Shown one piece after another: positions 1 to 13,900 of a stretch of 64,000 nt of DNA. This stretch comes from Paraspadella gotoi. Lineage: Eukaryota > Animalia > Chaetognatha. Numbering within the stretch: the stretch's first letter is position 1; each line of letters starts with the position of its first letter. The notes under the pieces are model-generated. The model made no database searches. It had not been told where the DNA came from and saw nothing but the letters and a program-made list of their open reading frames with translations. Made by a program: the position numbers and the translations under genes. The stretch covers positions 26,679,130 to 26,743,129 of the forward strand of contig CM119263.1 in assembly GCA_051294375.1 (NCBI GenBank), written 5' to 3'.

Positions 1-476
1 GACTACATAATATGAAAATAGGTTTTAAAAGCTTTTAATAGAATTCAAGCGCCTCAAGGATTCCAAATTTAGAATTCATCCATCCCATTCATATCCATAT
101 CTTTAAGAATTAGGTTCAGCCTTTCTTTCCTTTCTTTACCAATTTTCTGTCTTCACAACTATCTTCTATCTCCATCACAATCTTCATTAAACATAATTCT
201 CTCTTTATTCCTTTTCATTTTCTCTCCATCGCATGAATGCCGCAACGACAATGAATTACGTATTCTTTCGGAAAGAAAGCGAGTTTTTGGAAGGAGAAAA
301 GAGGAAAAAGACAAAAAATATAAAAGGAAAATAAAGAAGGAGAAAAGGAGAGAAAGAAATGAAAAGAAAGAGAGAGCGGGAAGAAGCCTTTTCTCCTCAA
401 AAACCCAGAGGAAATTATCCCAGGCAACAAAGAGACCTCAGATCTATATAGATCGAATAATTATGCGTGAGCGCGC

Positions 477-562
<86 letters not shown>

Positions 563-577
563 CTCTCTCTCTCTCTC
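477..577. repeat. (CT)n microsatellite (one of dozens of AG/CT tracts)
   Basis: Read directly. Other long examples: 5544-5621, 7220-7293, 7437-7518, 9253-9359, 19814-19920, 25199-25263, 30590-30740, 31010-31114, 46383-46449. Confidence 0.98.
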
Positions 578-1537
578 TTCAACTAACTCACTCACGCTTT
601 TGGTTGCCTTTGTTTACACTGGGCTCCAAAAAATTTAAAAATTCCGGTGAAAAAAGAGAAGAAGAAAAGTTAATACTGTAGTTGAATTTTTAAAATTATC
701 AAGAGAAAACTTTCCAAAAAAAAAAGGAAGATAGAAAAAGCTAAAAAAAAAAAGGGAAAAAAGTGCAAAAGAGCATCAAGGGATAAAAGTTTACAGCGAC
801 AGTTAAAATTTGAAATAAAATTATGATTTAAAGAAGAAAAGGTACATGGGGAAATAAATGTAACTAAAAAGGAATAGAAAAAAAAAGGAAAATAATGTTA
901 AGACAAACTTTGAAAAGCACAGAAGAACAAGGAGGAGGAGGAAGAGTAGGAGGAGGAAGAGTAGGAGGAACAGGAAGAGGAGGAAGAGAAATCCTCCCCG
1001 ACGAAAACCTTCGGTGGCAGAATCTGACCTCTCGTGTGTCGAAACTCTTTTTCTTGCTACTCCTCCCCCTTCTCCTACTTATTTTACTCCTCCCAAACAT
1101 TCTACCCTTCTTCCTCCTAATTCTCCTCTTTGTAATTCTCCTCTAATTTGTTATTCTCCAGCTCGCCCATACAGACCAGCATCAGGCTGGCTGGCTTCAT
1201 CTCCTGACCCCAGAGCACTCCTACTACCAATTCCAACTTCAAACAAACTCCGAGCCACTCCAAAATCCCTCGCCGATTCAACTCTGCCTCAATTCAGTCC
1301 CTCCCTCCCGATGAACTCTGCCCCCTGGATGCTCTTGCTTTTCCTCCCGGGAGAAAAGGAGAGGTGGCAACTCACTCAAGATTCTGGATTCATTCTCTCT
1401 TCTTCGTCCACTCTGTCTCTCGGTGTCTCTGTCTCTCTCTTTGCTTCCTTTTTTTTTGGTCTTATTGGGGGACTCTTAATTGCGGGGACTCTTAATTTTA
1501 TTTATAAAGTATTGATTGCAATTCTTTCTTTTCATTT

Positions 1538-1573
<36 letters not shown>

Positions 1574-1656
1574 TTTTTCTTTCTTTCTTTCTTTCTTTTT
1601 TTTATATTTATCTTTTTTCTTTCTTTCTTTTTCTCTTTTTTCTTTCCTTCTTTATT

Positions 1657-1658
<2 letters not shown>

Positions 1659-1733
<75 letters not shown>

Positions 1734-1734
1734 C

Positions 1735-1752
<18 letters not shown>
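1659..1752. repeat. (CTAT)n microsatellite flanked by (CTTT)n
   Basis: Read directly. Confidence 0.97.
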
Positions 1753-1778
<26 letters not shown>

Positions 1779-2379
1779 CTTTCTTTCTCATTTTCTTCCC
1801 ATCTTTCTTTCCCGCCTCCCTTTTTTTCTTTCCTCCTTTCTCTCTTTCCGGTTTCAAAAGAAAGTTTCCTTTTTCTCCGGTTTCGGTTTTCGATACCAAA
1901 AAGTCAAACTCATCCTTATTCCGTGGGTCATTCGGTTCTTCTCTCTTCTTTTTCCGGTTTCACTCACTCGAACCGATTTCACGAGAATCTATCCACACTC
2001 CTCACCGATAATTACACCTCCCAGGATAAAATATAACTCGTCTATTTGAAAACTAAACGTGATTTTCGTTTGTATTTGTAAAACATATCTAAAGCTTTAT
2101 GCTTGGTACTTGGCAAATATTGAAACGTATTTTTTTGGAGGGCTTTTTCTTTAATGTTCTAAAATCCCCCGCTTAGCTTTATCTTATTCTAGTAGACAGA
2201 GTTAGTTTTCATTCAGAATGGAAAAATGACAAGGTGTTAATAACAGGAAAAAAAGACTAAATATATTTATATTTATTCTCTGTTGACATAAATGACAAAA
2301 TGAGGAACTGGTCGGAAAAAGAGAAGAATTGGGCGAAGAGGTAATATGGACAATTGGATCACGAGAGGCTCGTTCTTCA

Positions 2380-2452
<73 letters not shown>

Positions 2453-2791
2453 CTCATCCTCTTCTCTCCTCCCTTTTCGCCATTTTTCGCCCGGCCCTCG
2501 GTTTCCTCTCAGTAATTTATTATGACGGTGGTTTTTTTCCTCCAATGATGCGTTATCATTGGAATTTCATCATCTCTCTGTTCATCAACTTTTCTGTTTG
2601 TTTTTTTTTTTTTCTAATTTTTTCTTTTTTTTACGACTTCATCTCCGAATTGATTTTCTTTTTTTTTTTTTTCGATACGATTAGTCGACAGGAAGTTTGA
2701 TTTAATTCGCTTCGAGTTCGTTTAAATCGATTTCTGTACAGTTAAAACTGGCAAAGACGTTAACGATTGGCGAATGAAGTCAGGAGACTGT

Positions 2792-2901
<110 letters not shown>

Positions 2902-3722
2902 ACCATTTTCTTATTCATACTTTCTCCTTTCTATGTTTCACTTCCTTCATTCTACGTATCAAGATTGTCTATATCGCTTTTGTCGATAATGTTCACTGTT
3001 CACTGTTCAATGACTGTCAGTTTTTTTCACAAACAAATATTTCCTTTTTTTGTCTCGATCAAATTTTTTTATTTTTTTTTCGTCAAACGGATTCAAATGT
3101 GATTCCCTTTCGGCGTCTCTGGTGAAAAGTTGTTCAAAATCTCAATCACGTGACGCTAAACTACGCCACCCGATTCTACGAGCGCTGATTTCCGGACTTC
3201 GCCGCCAGCTGGCGCCAACGACACATCAGGGTTCCCTTCAGGTCGCCGCCGTTTCACCCTTTCCAAAAGTCACTTCCGGCGCCCCTTTAGCCGCTATCTA
3301 AAACGTAGTAGCCCCCGGACACCGCCACAGCCTCCGCAGAGAAAGCAGGCTTCAGCAGCCTCCGCAGCCGCTGCAGCACCTTTAGCCTTTGCCTTTTCGC
3401 CGTTTTCTGACTTGGTTGTTTTTGGCTCATCTTAGTTCATCATCTCTGTCCCCTCTCGGCCGCATTCTGAGCTATCTCTCTTGCCTTACTTTTTATCCAT
3501 CTTCACACTCGCGTCTTCACATTATTTCGCTCCATTCTCCATTTTCCTCCCTCCTTTACAGAGTCTCGGTTGTAAAACCTTACTCGTGCCTTACCGTCTC
3601 CTCCACCTTCGCCCGCCTCTCCCTCGTCGCTTATTGCATATCCGTTGGCATCGAATCGCGTTTATTGCTGAGAGTCGAAAAACGTCGAAAAAATGCGGAC
3701 TGCGAATGGCGCTGAGAGAGAG

Positions 3723-3801
<79 letters not shown>

Positions 3802-3929
3802 AGAGATAGATAGAAACTGCGAATGGCTCTGAGAGATCGTTAATGGGAAGGATCAAATTTTGGGTGGAGGAGGGCAAAAGGGTAAGAGAGAGAGAGAGAG
3901 GAGAGAGAGGAGAGAGAGAGAGAGAGAGA

Positions 3930-3977
<48 letters not shown>

Positions 3978-4009
3978 CCAGACCAATAGGTAAATCTAGA
4001 GTATAAAAA

Positions 4010-4072
4010 AACCTGACAGATAGACTGACAGACGGACGGACGGACGGAACGTCTTAAGCCGGCGGAAAATCG
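4010..4072 (-). mobile_element. Possible degraded HINE-like fragment
   Basis: (GTCC)n/(GTCT)n tract preceded by TTTTCCGCCGGC on the minus strand. No other hallmarks. Confidence 0.2.
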
Positions 4073-5541
4073 AAAGATTCCGAATTTGACAAATGGATTT
4101 AGTTCGTGGAGTCTGAAGTCGGAAGGGTAAAAAAGTCTTGAAAGAAGTGGAGAGACGAATCGCGGAAAATGGAGCAAGGACGGGTAAGTGGAGCAGGAAG
4201 CAGGGCTCAATCAGCGATTCCCCATGAAGATAGTTGCGGGGATTCCCACAGTGGTTAAAAAATAGCAGACTTGAGAATAGTTGAAACTGTCCTTTATGAC
4301 CCGATTTTCGGCTGTTTTTGAGCGGCATGTAATACTTGTGGAAGGCGACACGGAGAAGGGGAGCGAGGCGGGAAGGGTAATTGAGTGAAGAGGAGTGAAG
4401 AAGAGTGGTACGGGAAAGGGATGGGACACGGAGAAGGGATCGAGGCGGGAAGAGGAACAGAGGGGAAGAGTATTTTAAGATGTGACGGAATGGAAACGTG
4501 AGAGGATTCAGATTTTAAAGGGAACAATGGACCATTGGGGGAGAAGGGAACTGGGAACGAGGCCGGACACTTGACCTGTCATTGTCTGACGGGGAAAGGG
4601 ATTGAGGCGAAAAGTAACATGGGTGCCAAAGGAGCCGGGGGCGGAAGTCGCGATGGGAAGGGAAACCAGGATTGAAATGGAATGAAGAGGATTGAAATGA
4701 AGAGGATTGAAATGGAAGAGGATTAATAATGCAGAGAGAGGTGAGTCGGACGTGACACGTAGGAAAACGTTTCTGGAGAGGACTCCTACTTCTCTCTAAG
4801 TTTTATCTTTTCCTTTTTAATGTCTTTTTTTTTTTTTAAATCCCTTTTCCCGATTTTCTCTTTTGTTTTTACGCCGACCGCTCTATTCTCTGTTTTCGAA
4901 CCCGCCTTACCCCTCTCACCTTTCTTACTTCTCTCATACTCTTACCTTTTCTTTTCTGCAATGCTGAAGGAAAGGAATGTCAACTTCAATGACGATCGCC
5001 TTCTTCTTTTCTTTTTTTTTTTTCTTTTCTTTTCTGGCGGAGAAACGTGTCGAAGATTGACCCTTTCTCTTTTTTCTCCTTTGTTTGGCCTTGTACCTTT
5101 CACTTTTTTCTCTTTATTGGCCTGGTTCAATTCGTTTGTTCTTTTCTTTATTGTCTTTCCTAATTTGTTTTTTCTTCTGGGTCATAATTGGCTTTATTGA
5201 GTTTTTCATGTATAATTTTTTTTTTATTTTTGAGCTAGAATATCCCATTAAATTCAAAAATTCGACTGACTATATCTAACTATAAATACTTTACTAGATT
5301 TGATTTTGACGTCAAAAGAAAACATCCGCTCATTGTTTTCTGCTCGACTTCAAAATCGCTTTTCTTTGTTTCCAATCAACTTTTCTTAATTAGCCTCCCC
5401 TGACCCGAGCTCGGCCTTTTTCTCAGAGCTGTAAATTTTTTAGTGGAGAAATGAGCAAAACTTCGGCCACATGTTCCACGTTTCCACAGGAGCTCATTTA
5501 AGATGATGTAAAAGATTCACAGCGGTAGGTCTCGGAAGGGA

Positions 5542-5627
<86 letters not shown>

Positions 5628-5768
5628 AAAAAAGAAGAAGAAATTTTCTTGAAATTTTTTATCCGTCCACGCTTTGGAAGTGGTTCATGAATTTAGGAAA
5701 TTCATGAAGTCTGCTGCTTTCCGCCCGCGCTCCTCTCTTCTCTCTCTCCTCTCTCCTCTCTCTCTCTC

Positions 5769-5823
<55 letters not shown>

Positions 5824-7216
5824 CCCGCATATTTATGTGTAATTCAGGTTGACTCTCGCCGACTTGAGCGACCTCTGTTTCGACCTTGGGTCGGTCACTC
5901 CGTCTTCCATTACGAATAACACTTTACTTTGTACCCCTCTACCCCCAAAAAATCACCTCGCCCTACCTCACCCATGCCCTGCTCCTCCTTTAATTCCCGT
6001 TTCCTCGCGTCTTGACCTTTCCCGCTTTCACCCACCGTGACCGGCAATTTCGCGGTGCATGATGAATTTCCGGGAAGCCCCAGATGTGATTTTCGGTCGC
6101 AATTGGCTTTTGATGGACACTTGCTCGGTCTGACCCCCCAAGGGGGGGAGAGGTGAAAGAGGGATGGGGAGGAGGCGGATGACGAGGAGGGGGGAACTTT
6201 GGAGTGAGGATGGTAGTTTTATTAGTGATGAAACTGTGTACTAGGATCCCGGAGAAAAAGAAAAAGAAAAATATTTATATTGATAATAATGTTTCATTTC
6301 GCATCGCTTGCTGCCGAAGTCGACGAAACGGAAAAGAAATTAAATATTTACAACATATAAACGATTCAGATTTGCGGAAAACAAAAACAACAAAAGAGAA
6401 AAAAAACAAATATCGGAAAACATGGGGAGGAAAACAATGAAAAAAAAAACGAAATGAAGATTAAAAAAGAAAGATATTGAAAAAAAAATGAAGGAAAATT
6501 CGATGTCGTCAGGATTAAACTAAAGGCGATATTTTTAAAATAAATTAAAAGAAAAACAACGAAGAAGACCTAAGGAAAATAAAGGAAGGAAAAATTTTAA
6601 TCAAGTTTTATAAAAGTCGGTTAAAAAAAAAATAAAAACGAGAGGAAATAATAAATAAGAGGGAAGATAACTAATGTTCATTGTTCAAGAAGATAAGAAA
6701 AAGACAAGGGGAAGGAAGAAAACAATTTCGAAGAAGAGAGAAAGAAAAAAAGAAAAGAAGAAAAACAATGGCCGTGGAGCGAAGAGAGAGAAGGAGAGCC
6801 TCGCTAATGGCGCGAACTATATTAAGCGCGAGCCGAGAACCGTTCCCGAGGCTGCAATGACTTTCTGATCGATTTCCGGGAAAAGCTTCTCTCTCTCGCC
6901 CCGGGAAGAAGTTGCCCGGGGGTATCCACTGTAATACTGTAATACTGTCATAACATACGAAATATAATGCATTTGGTTACGATACTATTAGCTTTGTAAC
7001 TTGTTTCACTTTTTTTATATGAAGGACAAAGCGAGGTACATTCAATTTCGGAATGCAAAGCAGGTAATACGTAATTCTGCGCCGCATTTGCGAGGCCTAA
7101 TGGCGGCCTTGTCAAGGTGCCGGCCTAATTTACTTTCCTCTTTTTTTTCCGTCAAATTCTGTCAACTTTTTTTCCATGGCTTGCCTCATTAGCACTTGTT
7201 TTGACCTTAACCTTCT

Positions 7217-7298
<82 letters not shown>

Positions 7299-7434
7299 CT
7301 TTTCTTTCTTTCGCTCTTCTTTTCCCTTCATCTTGTCGCTGAAATATGAATTTGCATAATTCTATTGAAATCTACAGAGGATGATTTTAGGAAATGAAGT
7401 TAGCAAAGTAGTAATAAGAGAAAGAATAAGAAGA

Positions 7435-7521
<87 letters not shown>

Positions 7522-7810
7522 AGAGTGAGACGGAGAAAGCATTAATTTAGCGGCGCCAAGAAGGTTTTCTCTTTTTTTCTTTCATCTTTTTTTTCTGCCG
7601 CCCGAAGTGAAAAACAATTGCTTTGATTAACCTTAGACGAGAACGAAGCCAGGGGGAACAAATTGGCTGTGGAAAAAAAATAGAGGGAAGGAAAAAGGAG
7701 GCAGTAGGTGTGTTGAATGAGGAGTGGAAGAAATGGAATATTTGTGGAAATTGGAGAATGAGTAGTGGAAGGAGTTGGTGAAGGAAGGAAGGATGGAAGG
7801 AAGGAAGGAA

Positions 7811-8113
7811 NNNNNNNNNNNNNNNNNNNNNNNNNNNNNNNNNNNNNNNNNNNNNNNNNNNNNNNNNNNNNNNNNNNNNNNNNNNNNNNNNNNNNNNNNN
7901 NNNNNNNNNNNNNNNNNNNNNNNNNNNNNNNNNNNNNNNNNNNNNNNNNNNNNNNNNNNNNNNNNNNNNNNNNNNNNNNNNNNNNNNNNNNNNNNNNNNN
8001 NNNNNNNNNNNNNNNNNNNNNNNNNNNNNNNNNNNNNNNNNNNNNNNNNNNNNNNNNNNNNNNNNNNNNNNNNNNNNNNNNNNNNNNNNNNNNNNNNNNN
8101 NNNNNNNNNNNNN
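7811..8113. other. Assembly gap (other large gaps: 26130-26936, 57250-57779, 59113-59281, 60435-60692; 10 N at 60364-60373)
   Basis: Runs of N. Confidence 0.99.
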
Positions 8114-8761
8114 GGAAGAAGGCGAGTGAACAAATTGAAACGCGTGCAAAAGGAGACAAAATGTTTTTACCAAAATCTTAGCCGAAAATTCCATTTTTTT
8201 AAGCAACGAAAATAAAAACGCGCTAAGAGACGTTTGTCGTAACGAAGAGATAAAGCCAAAAGACAGACAAAGTCAAAGAGATAGAAATATATAACTAGAA
8301 ACAAAGAGAGACGCACAAAATTGAAAATATAGGAAATACTGTAAGTCGTAAAATATTAGTTCCGCTGCAACCATACTTTACGGCCCGCTCCTCTCCAACC
8401 CTCATGGAAAGGATAGCCACCCCCCCGTTGAAACGTCCACCTAACCACCATCCCACCAAACCACCACCCTCTCCTACCCCTTAAACCCCTTCAATGAAAT
8501 CAGCGAATCCGAAGCGAGGATTCTAAATTCAGCCTTCGGCCAGTTGGCAATTAGCCTCGGCCGAGTTGCGCCCGCGCCGGGCGCCGCCCGCCGATGGAAC
8601 TAGCGAGGGCGGCGTCAATCCTGGGCTCGTCAGCGGTTGTCACGGGCGTGTCGGAGGGACGGAGCAGCGGGGCGCCCGATCCGTACGGGTCGGTGACGGT
8701 CACGTGACACCGGCGGTGACAGTGATTGGCCTGAGAGAATTTTCCCTCTTTTTTTGTGACG

Positions 8762-8899
8762 TCGATGTCTGTCAACTGTGTCAAGTGGCGGAGACATGAC
8801 GTTCTTATCGATGTCTGTCAACTGTGTCAAGTAGCGGAGACATGACGTTCTTATCGATGTCTGTCAACTGTGTCAAGTGGCGGAGACATGACGTTCGTA
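8762..8899. repeat. 46-bp tandem repeat x3
   Basis: Unit TCGATGTCTGTCAACTGTGTCAAGTGGCGGAGACATGACGTTCTTA starts at 8762, 8808 and 8854. Confidence 0.95.
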
Positions 8900-9248
8900 T
8901 CTTTGTCTCGTCGTCGATAGCTATTTTCAAATTCTCTCTTTCTCTCATATTTTCTTTCATTTGTAGCTTAAGTCAGTTACATTGTAACCATTTCGCTGCT
9001 GTCAGTCGTCCATGCCTTCCCCAGCGGGATTATCCGTTAGGATCATTTTTTCCATATTTCTTCACAGTAGCAGTCAGATTTTAAAATATACTATTTTTTT
9101 GTATCAGGACCATCGCGTGTACTACATATATATTAATATGTGTATTAATATGAAATAAATAAATAATACTATTATTTATTTATTTCATAGCGAATTACGT
9201 CATCTTCGCTTCAGTTCTATATATTTTTTTTTGTAGGAAAGGTCCCTG

Positions 9249-9360
<112 letters not shown>

Positions 9361-10508
9361 ATCTAATAGGATTTCGTCCCGCGAATACGAAACGAAATAA
9401 AGCGATTAATAATCTCGTTAACGAAAGGCAAATGGACGACGGCGCACGAGAAATAAGTCATTTTCATTGCACCCTAACCGTCGTCACCGCCGAGTTTTCA
9501 CCCTCAGTCTTTCTCCAATTTATAAAAGTAACGGAACGATAAGTTTTTGATCTAGCTACATATCACGGTTACCTCCTACGTGACCTTCTTGTGACTTTCG
9601 TTTGATCAGCTTTGCAAAGTTAAGCCCAAAGTCATCAGTTCATCCCAACTATTTTCAGCTACTTATCTAAATCCAAAAGCAATTAATTAATCTGTAATCT
9701 TTTAAAAACTCTCAAGTTAAATCTGTAATCTGTAAACTCTCCTCAAGTTAAACCACTATTCAAAATTCCTCTCCCATTCCTCGCCACACGCCCCACAATT
9801 CCCTCCCACATACGCCGCCACGCGGCCACGCCCATCGTCACGCTTCGTCCGAGTCTCTTGTCCGAAATGATTGCGAACAGCGTCCCCTGCCGCCCAAGAA
9901 TTCAATCACGGGCGACACGGGCGCTTTTTCCTTTCGTGATTGTAATCGTCGAACTGCGGCGAATCTCCGTCCCCCGTTACCCTCTCCCCTTTCTACCGCC
10001 AACCTCTCGCCACGCCCTCTTTTTCGCTCACCGCGTCACGAAGGTCGGACGCACGTTTTTGAGGTCCCGCGTTGGACGACGGTTAATCGAGGTCCGAGGC
10101 GGAGCGAGAGAAGGAGACTCGTAAAAAGGGGATGATCAATTCTTGGAAGGGAGGAGAGGCGGAAATGGGTGGAGCGATACGGCGAATTTTCTTATATGAA
10201 AAAAACAAAACAAAACAAAAAAACAAACAAAAGATTTCGAGTAGGCGGACACCGATGAGCTGATCAGGTTTCGTTCCAAAGAATATCCCTCGGCCGAGAT
10301 TGATTACCGGTTGGCGTCGCCGAGGAAGCTGCCGTCTTTGCCGCGGCTGACGCCGCTTTCGCGTCCTCGGAAATTAAAGCGAAACCAGAGGCTGCGCTGA
10401 GATTTTAGACTCTAATCAATGGCCCATTAGACGATGGGACGGTGGATTCAGGAGAGAAGAAGGGCTAACGATTAAACATCTGTACCTCGTGATGAACCGC
10501 GAGCTGTT

Positions 10509-11525
10509 TAGTCCGAAAATTTAGACTGGCTTAACAACGACGAAGCTGCCACTAAATATTGCGCCATGAATTTAAAAGAAAGATAAAAAGACATCGACCT
10601 TCCAATCTCGCTTCTCGATCTCACCGTTTCACTCGGCTCAAGATCTGTTTTCGGCGTTTCTCACAAAGCAATCACTACCGAATATCAAGGCGCAACGTGA
10701 ACCCATAAAAGTAGTGTTTTTGGTCTTTAAATCCGAATGGTTCGGACACTATCGACCCGAAGAGAAGGAACGCCAACTCGTAAAACGCATCTTGGGCCGA
10801 AATGGAAAAAAAAGACGAGTTCACTCTCACCTTTCTCTAGTGTTTTTCATCATGGGTTGCGTTCTTGCTTTCTTCTGTTTTTTTTTTCTCTCGAATTTTT
10901 TTTCTCTTTTTTGAGTTATGTCGTTGGCCTAACTTTTTCAATCAATCAATCAATCCATTGGTAGCCCAAAAACCATAACAAACTAACCCAGTCACCCGTT
11001 TCAGACTCAATTCTCCTTCAATTCACCTTCAGCCGTTACAAGTTTATTGGATCCGGGGATTGGGTTTAAATCCTTCTCCTCTCCCGTATGCAACCCGTTT
11101 TGCGGCGATAAAGCGAATTAATGTGATAACCCTGGATGTAGTAAAGCGAGGCCAAGTCCGGGGGGGAGAAGCGAGCGGTCGGCTTTATGGGATCGACCTT
11201 GTCGGGGAGAAGAGGTGGAATAACAGGTGGAAAAAGGTGGTAGAAGTGAAAAATGAGTGACTTACAGGACTAATTAAATTTCAGCTGTGATATTCTTATT
11301 GCTGTTTTGAGAAGCATCGACTTAATTGTAAGGGGGTCATTCACCAAGAAACACAAACTAAATTATTGGTTCAATTCTTATACGCCTCTGAAAGATGGAC
11401 TCATTGGTTCCGGGTCCAGAATTGGCCACTTCCTCTTTCGCCTCCTTCTCTGCCTCCATCTCGATTTCTCCATTAAAACGAGAAACGAGGGCAAATGAAA
11501 GAAGATCATCAAAGGAAAGGGGGTA

Positions 11526-11556
<31 letters not shown>
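10509..11556 (+). repeat. Left arm of ~1.04-kb near-perfect inverted repeat
   Basis: Reverse complement of ~11810-12847. An identical 63-aa ORF appears on opposite strands (11307..11498 + and 11867..12058 -). Differences are mostly single-base indels. Confidence 0.95.
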
Positions 11557-11581
11557 NNNNNNNNNNNNNNNNNNNNNNNNN
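11557..11581. other. Exactly-25-N gap (also 32363-32387, 34830-34854, 52845-52869, 61175-61199)
   Basis: Five gaps of identical length 25, a placeholder typical of long-read gap-filling tools such as PBJelly. Confidence 0.9.
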
Positions 11582-11670
11582 TCATCGGCGCCCTCTTTCG
11601 TCCCGCTCATTCTCCGCCGTGAGTTCGATTCAAGGTGACTCGCAAAATGTGGCCGTAAAAACGGAAACTG

Positions 11671-11763
<93 letters not shown>

Positions 11764-11787
11764 AAAAGAGCTCTGTATCCTTTCTCT

Positions 11788-11809
<22 letters not shown>

Positions 11810-11837
<28 letters not shown>

Positions 11838-12847
11838 TGTTTACCCCTTTCTTTGATGATCTTCTTTCATTTGCCCTCGTTTCTCGTTTTAATGGAGAAA
11901 TCGAGATGGAGGCAGAGAAGGAGGCGAAAGAGGAAGTGGCCAATTCTGGACCCGGAACCAATGAGTCCATCTTTCAGAGGCGTATAAGAATTGAACCAAT
12001 AATTTAGTTTGTGTTTCTTGGTGAATGACCCCCTTACAATTAAGTCGATGCTTCTCAAACAGCAATAAGAATATCACAGCTGAAATTTAATTAGTCCTGT
12101 AAGTCACTCATTTTTCACTTCTACCACCTTTTTCCACCTGTTATTCCACCTCTCTCCCCGACAAGGTCGATCCCATAAAGCCGACCGTCGCTTCTCCCCC
12201 CCGGACTTGGCCTCGCTTTACTACATCCAGGGTTATCACATTAATTCGCTTTATCGCCGCAAAACGGTGTGCATACGGGAGAGGAGAAGGATTTAAACCC
12301 AATCCCCGGATCCAATAAACTTGTAACGGCTGAAGGTGAATTGAAGGAGAATTGAGTCTGAAACGGGTGACTGGGTTAGTTTGTTATGGTTTTTGGGCTA
12401 CCAATGGATTGATTGATTGATTGAAAAAGTTAGGCCAACGACATAACTCAAAAAGAGAAAAAAAATTCGAGAGAAAAAAAAAACAGAAGAAAGCAAGAAC
12501 GCAACCCATGATGAAAACACTAGAGAAAGGTGAGAGTGAACTCGTCTTTTTTTTCCATTTCGGCCCAAGATGCGTTTTACGATTGGCGTTCTTTCTCTTC
12601 GGGTCGATAGTGTCCGAACCATTCGGATTTAAAGACCAAAAACACTACTTTTATGGGTTCACGTTGCGCCTTGATATTCGGTAGTGATTGCTTTGTGAGA
12701 AACGCCGAAAACAGATCTTGAGCCGAGTGAAACGGTGAGATCGAGAAGCGAGATTGGAAGGTCGATGTCTTTTTATCTTCTTTTAAATTCATGGCGCAAT
12801 ATTTAGTGGCAGCTTCGTCGTTGTTAAGCCAGTAATTTTCGGGACTA
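11810..12847 (-). repeat. Right arm of ~1.04-kb inverted repeat
   Basis: For example, 12781-12833 is the reverse complement of 10525-10577. The spacer between arms contains a 25-N gap. Confidence 0.95.
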
Positions 12848-13089
12848 TCTCTCTCTTATGAGGTCAGACTCTGATGTGGGCCAATTTGTGGGCGAACATG
12901 TGGCGAGAGTGTGAGACCACACTTTGCCATTTTCTAAAGGCAAAACGGGATGAAAAACAAAGTGGATCCGTTGCCGACAGATTGCCAGAAGAAAAAAAAT
13001 CCCGATTTGACCTTCTCTCTCTTTTATTAAAGCCTCCGTTGCGCTTCACGTCAAACTCAATGTCGACGAGTCGAGATAAACGCTTCATT

Positions 13090-13152
13090 TCGTGGCGTAG
13101 GCGGGTTAGGACTCTGGCTTGGTCAAATAATTCGTGGGTTCGATTCCCGGTT
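13090..13152 (+). pseudogene. tRNA-derived SINE head or tRNA pseudogene (Pol III A/B boxes)
   Basis: A-box TGGCGTAGGCGG 13093-13104 and canonical B-box GGTTCGATTCC 13137-13147 at tRNA-like spacing. No complete cloverleaf. Confidence 0.55.
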
Positions 13153-13376
13153 GGTTAGGATTTAATTCTTGGTTTGATGAAACTTAAAACAGTGCACCTT
13201 CAAAAGTTTTAAAATCTTTAAATTTAATTGTTATTCTAAGTTTTTTAAAGTTTGTTATAAACAAACTAGTGCCAAACTAAGCAAGAGCGTTAATAACAGC
13301 AAGAACAGGAACCTTCGAGATTCCCATTCAATTGAAAGAGAGAAAAAAAAGTAAATGGAAACGAGAGAGGATTTCG

Positions 13377-13900
13377 CCGGAAGTGAACCGGAAGTGAGAA
13401 CCGGCGCCGGAAATCCCCGCCCCACGAAGACCCGGATGATCGGTCATTCGTCGGACGTTTAAGTCTCCAGTCGAAATCTCCATTCCCGAGACAAAAGGTG
13501 GGCGGTGAATAAGGGGAGAGAGAGAAGAGGGAGAAGAAGGAGGAGGAGGAGGAGACGTGAATAAAGTGGGCGTGGCAAGACGAAAGAACGGTGACGGGTC
13601 AAGGTTGAATTCGGACGAACAGGAGGAGAGTCTGGGGAGTGAATGGTCATGAAAAGAGCGCTAAGACTGGGACGAGAATTAGGGTCTGGAAGGGGCCGAA
13701 ATTATGGGTCTGGGACGAGGATTGGGGTCGAGAAGGGGGCGAAATTATGGGTCTAAATTGAGGAAGAAAAGAGACCGCGGGTCAGGGACGAGTGCGTGGG
13801 GCAAAAATGGCCGGCGAAAAGGAAGAGAGAGAGAGAGAAAGGGGGCGGGGACTTGACAATTGAGTGGGATGGATTGGCGAAGAAAAGAAGATGAGTCACC
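13377..13900. promoter_or_regulatory. Putative promoter/enhancer motif cluster
   Basis: Tandem ETS/GABP-type CCGGAAGTG at 13377 and 13388, CCGGAAAT 13407, GC boxes at 13415, 13568 and 13842, ATTGG 13873, and AP-1 TGAGTCA 13892. Confidence 0.35.

Noticed and set aside
1014-2036. Longest gap-free ORF (340 aa)
   Set aside because: Mostly translated (CTTT)n/(CTAT)n and pyrimidine tracts that lack stops. Only 1162-1390 is complex (after an acceptor-like CTCCAG) and it shows no recognisable domain or good donor.
12864-13158. ORFs with a zinc-finger-like tail (HSRHMFAHKLAH)
   Set aside because: There is no correctly spaced Cys pair and no splice support, and the region overlaps a tRNA-derived A/B-box head.
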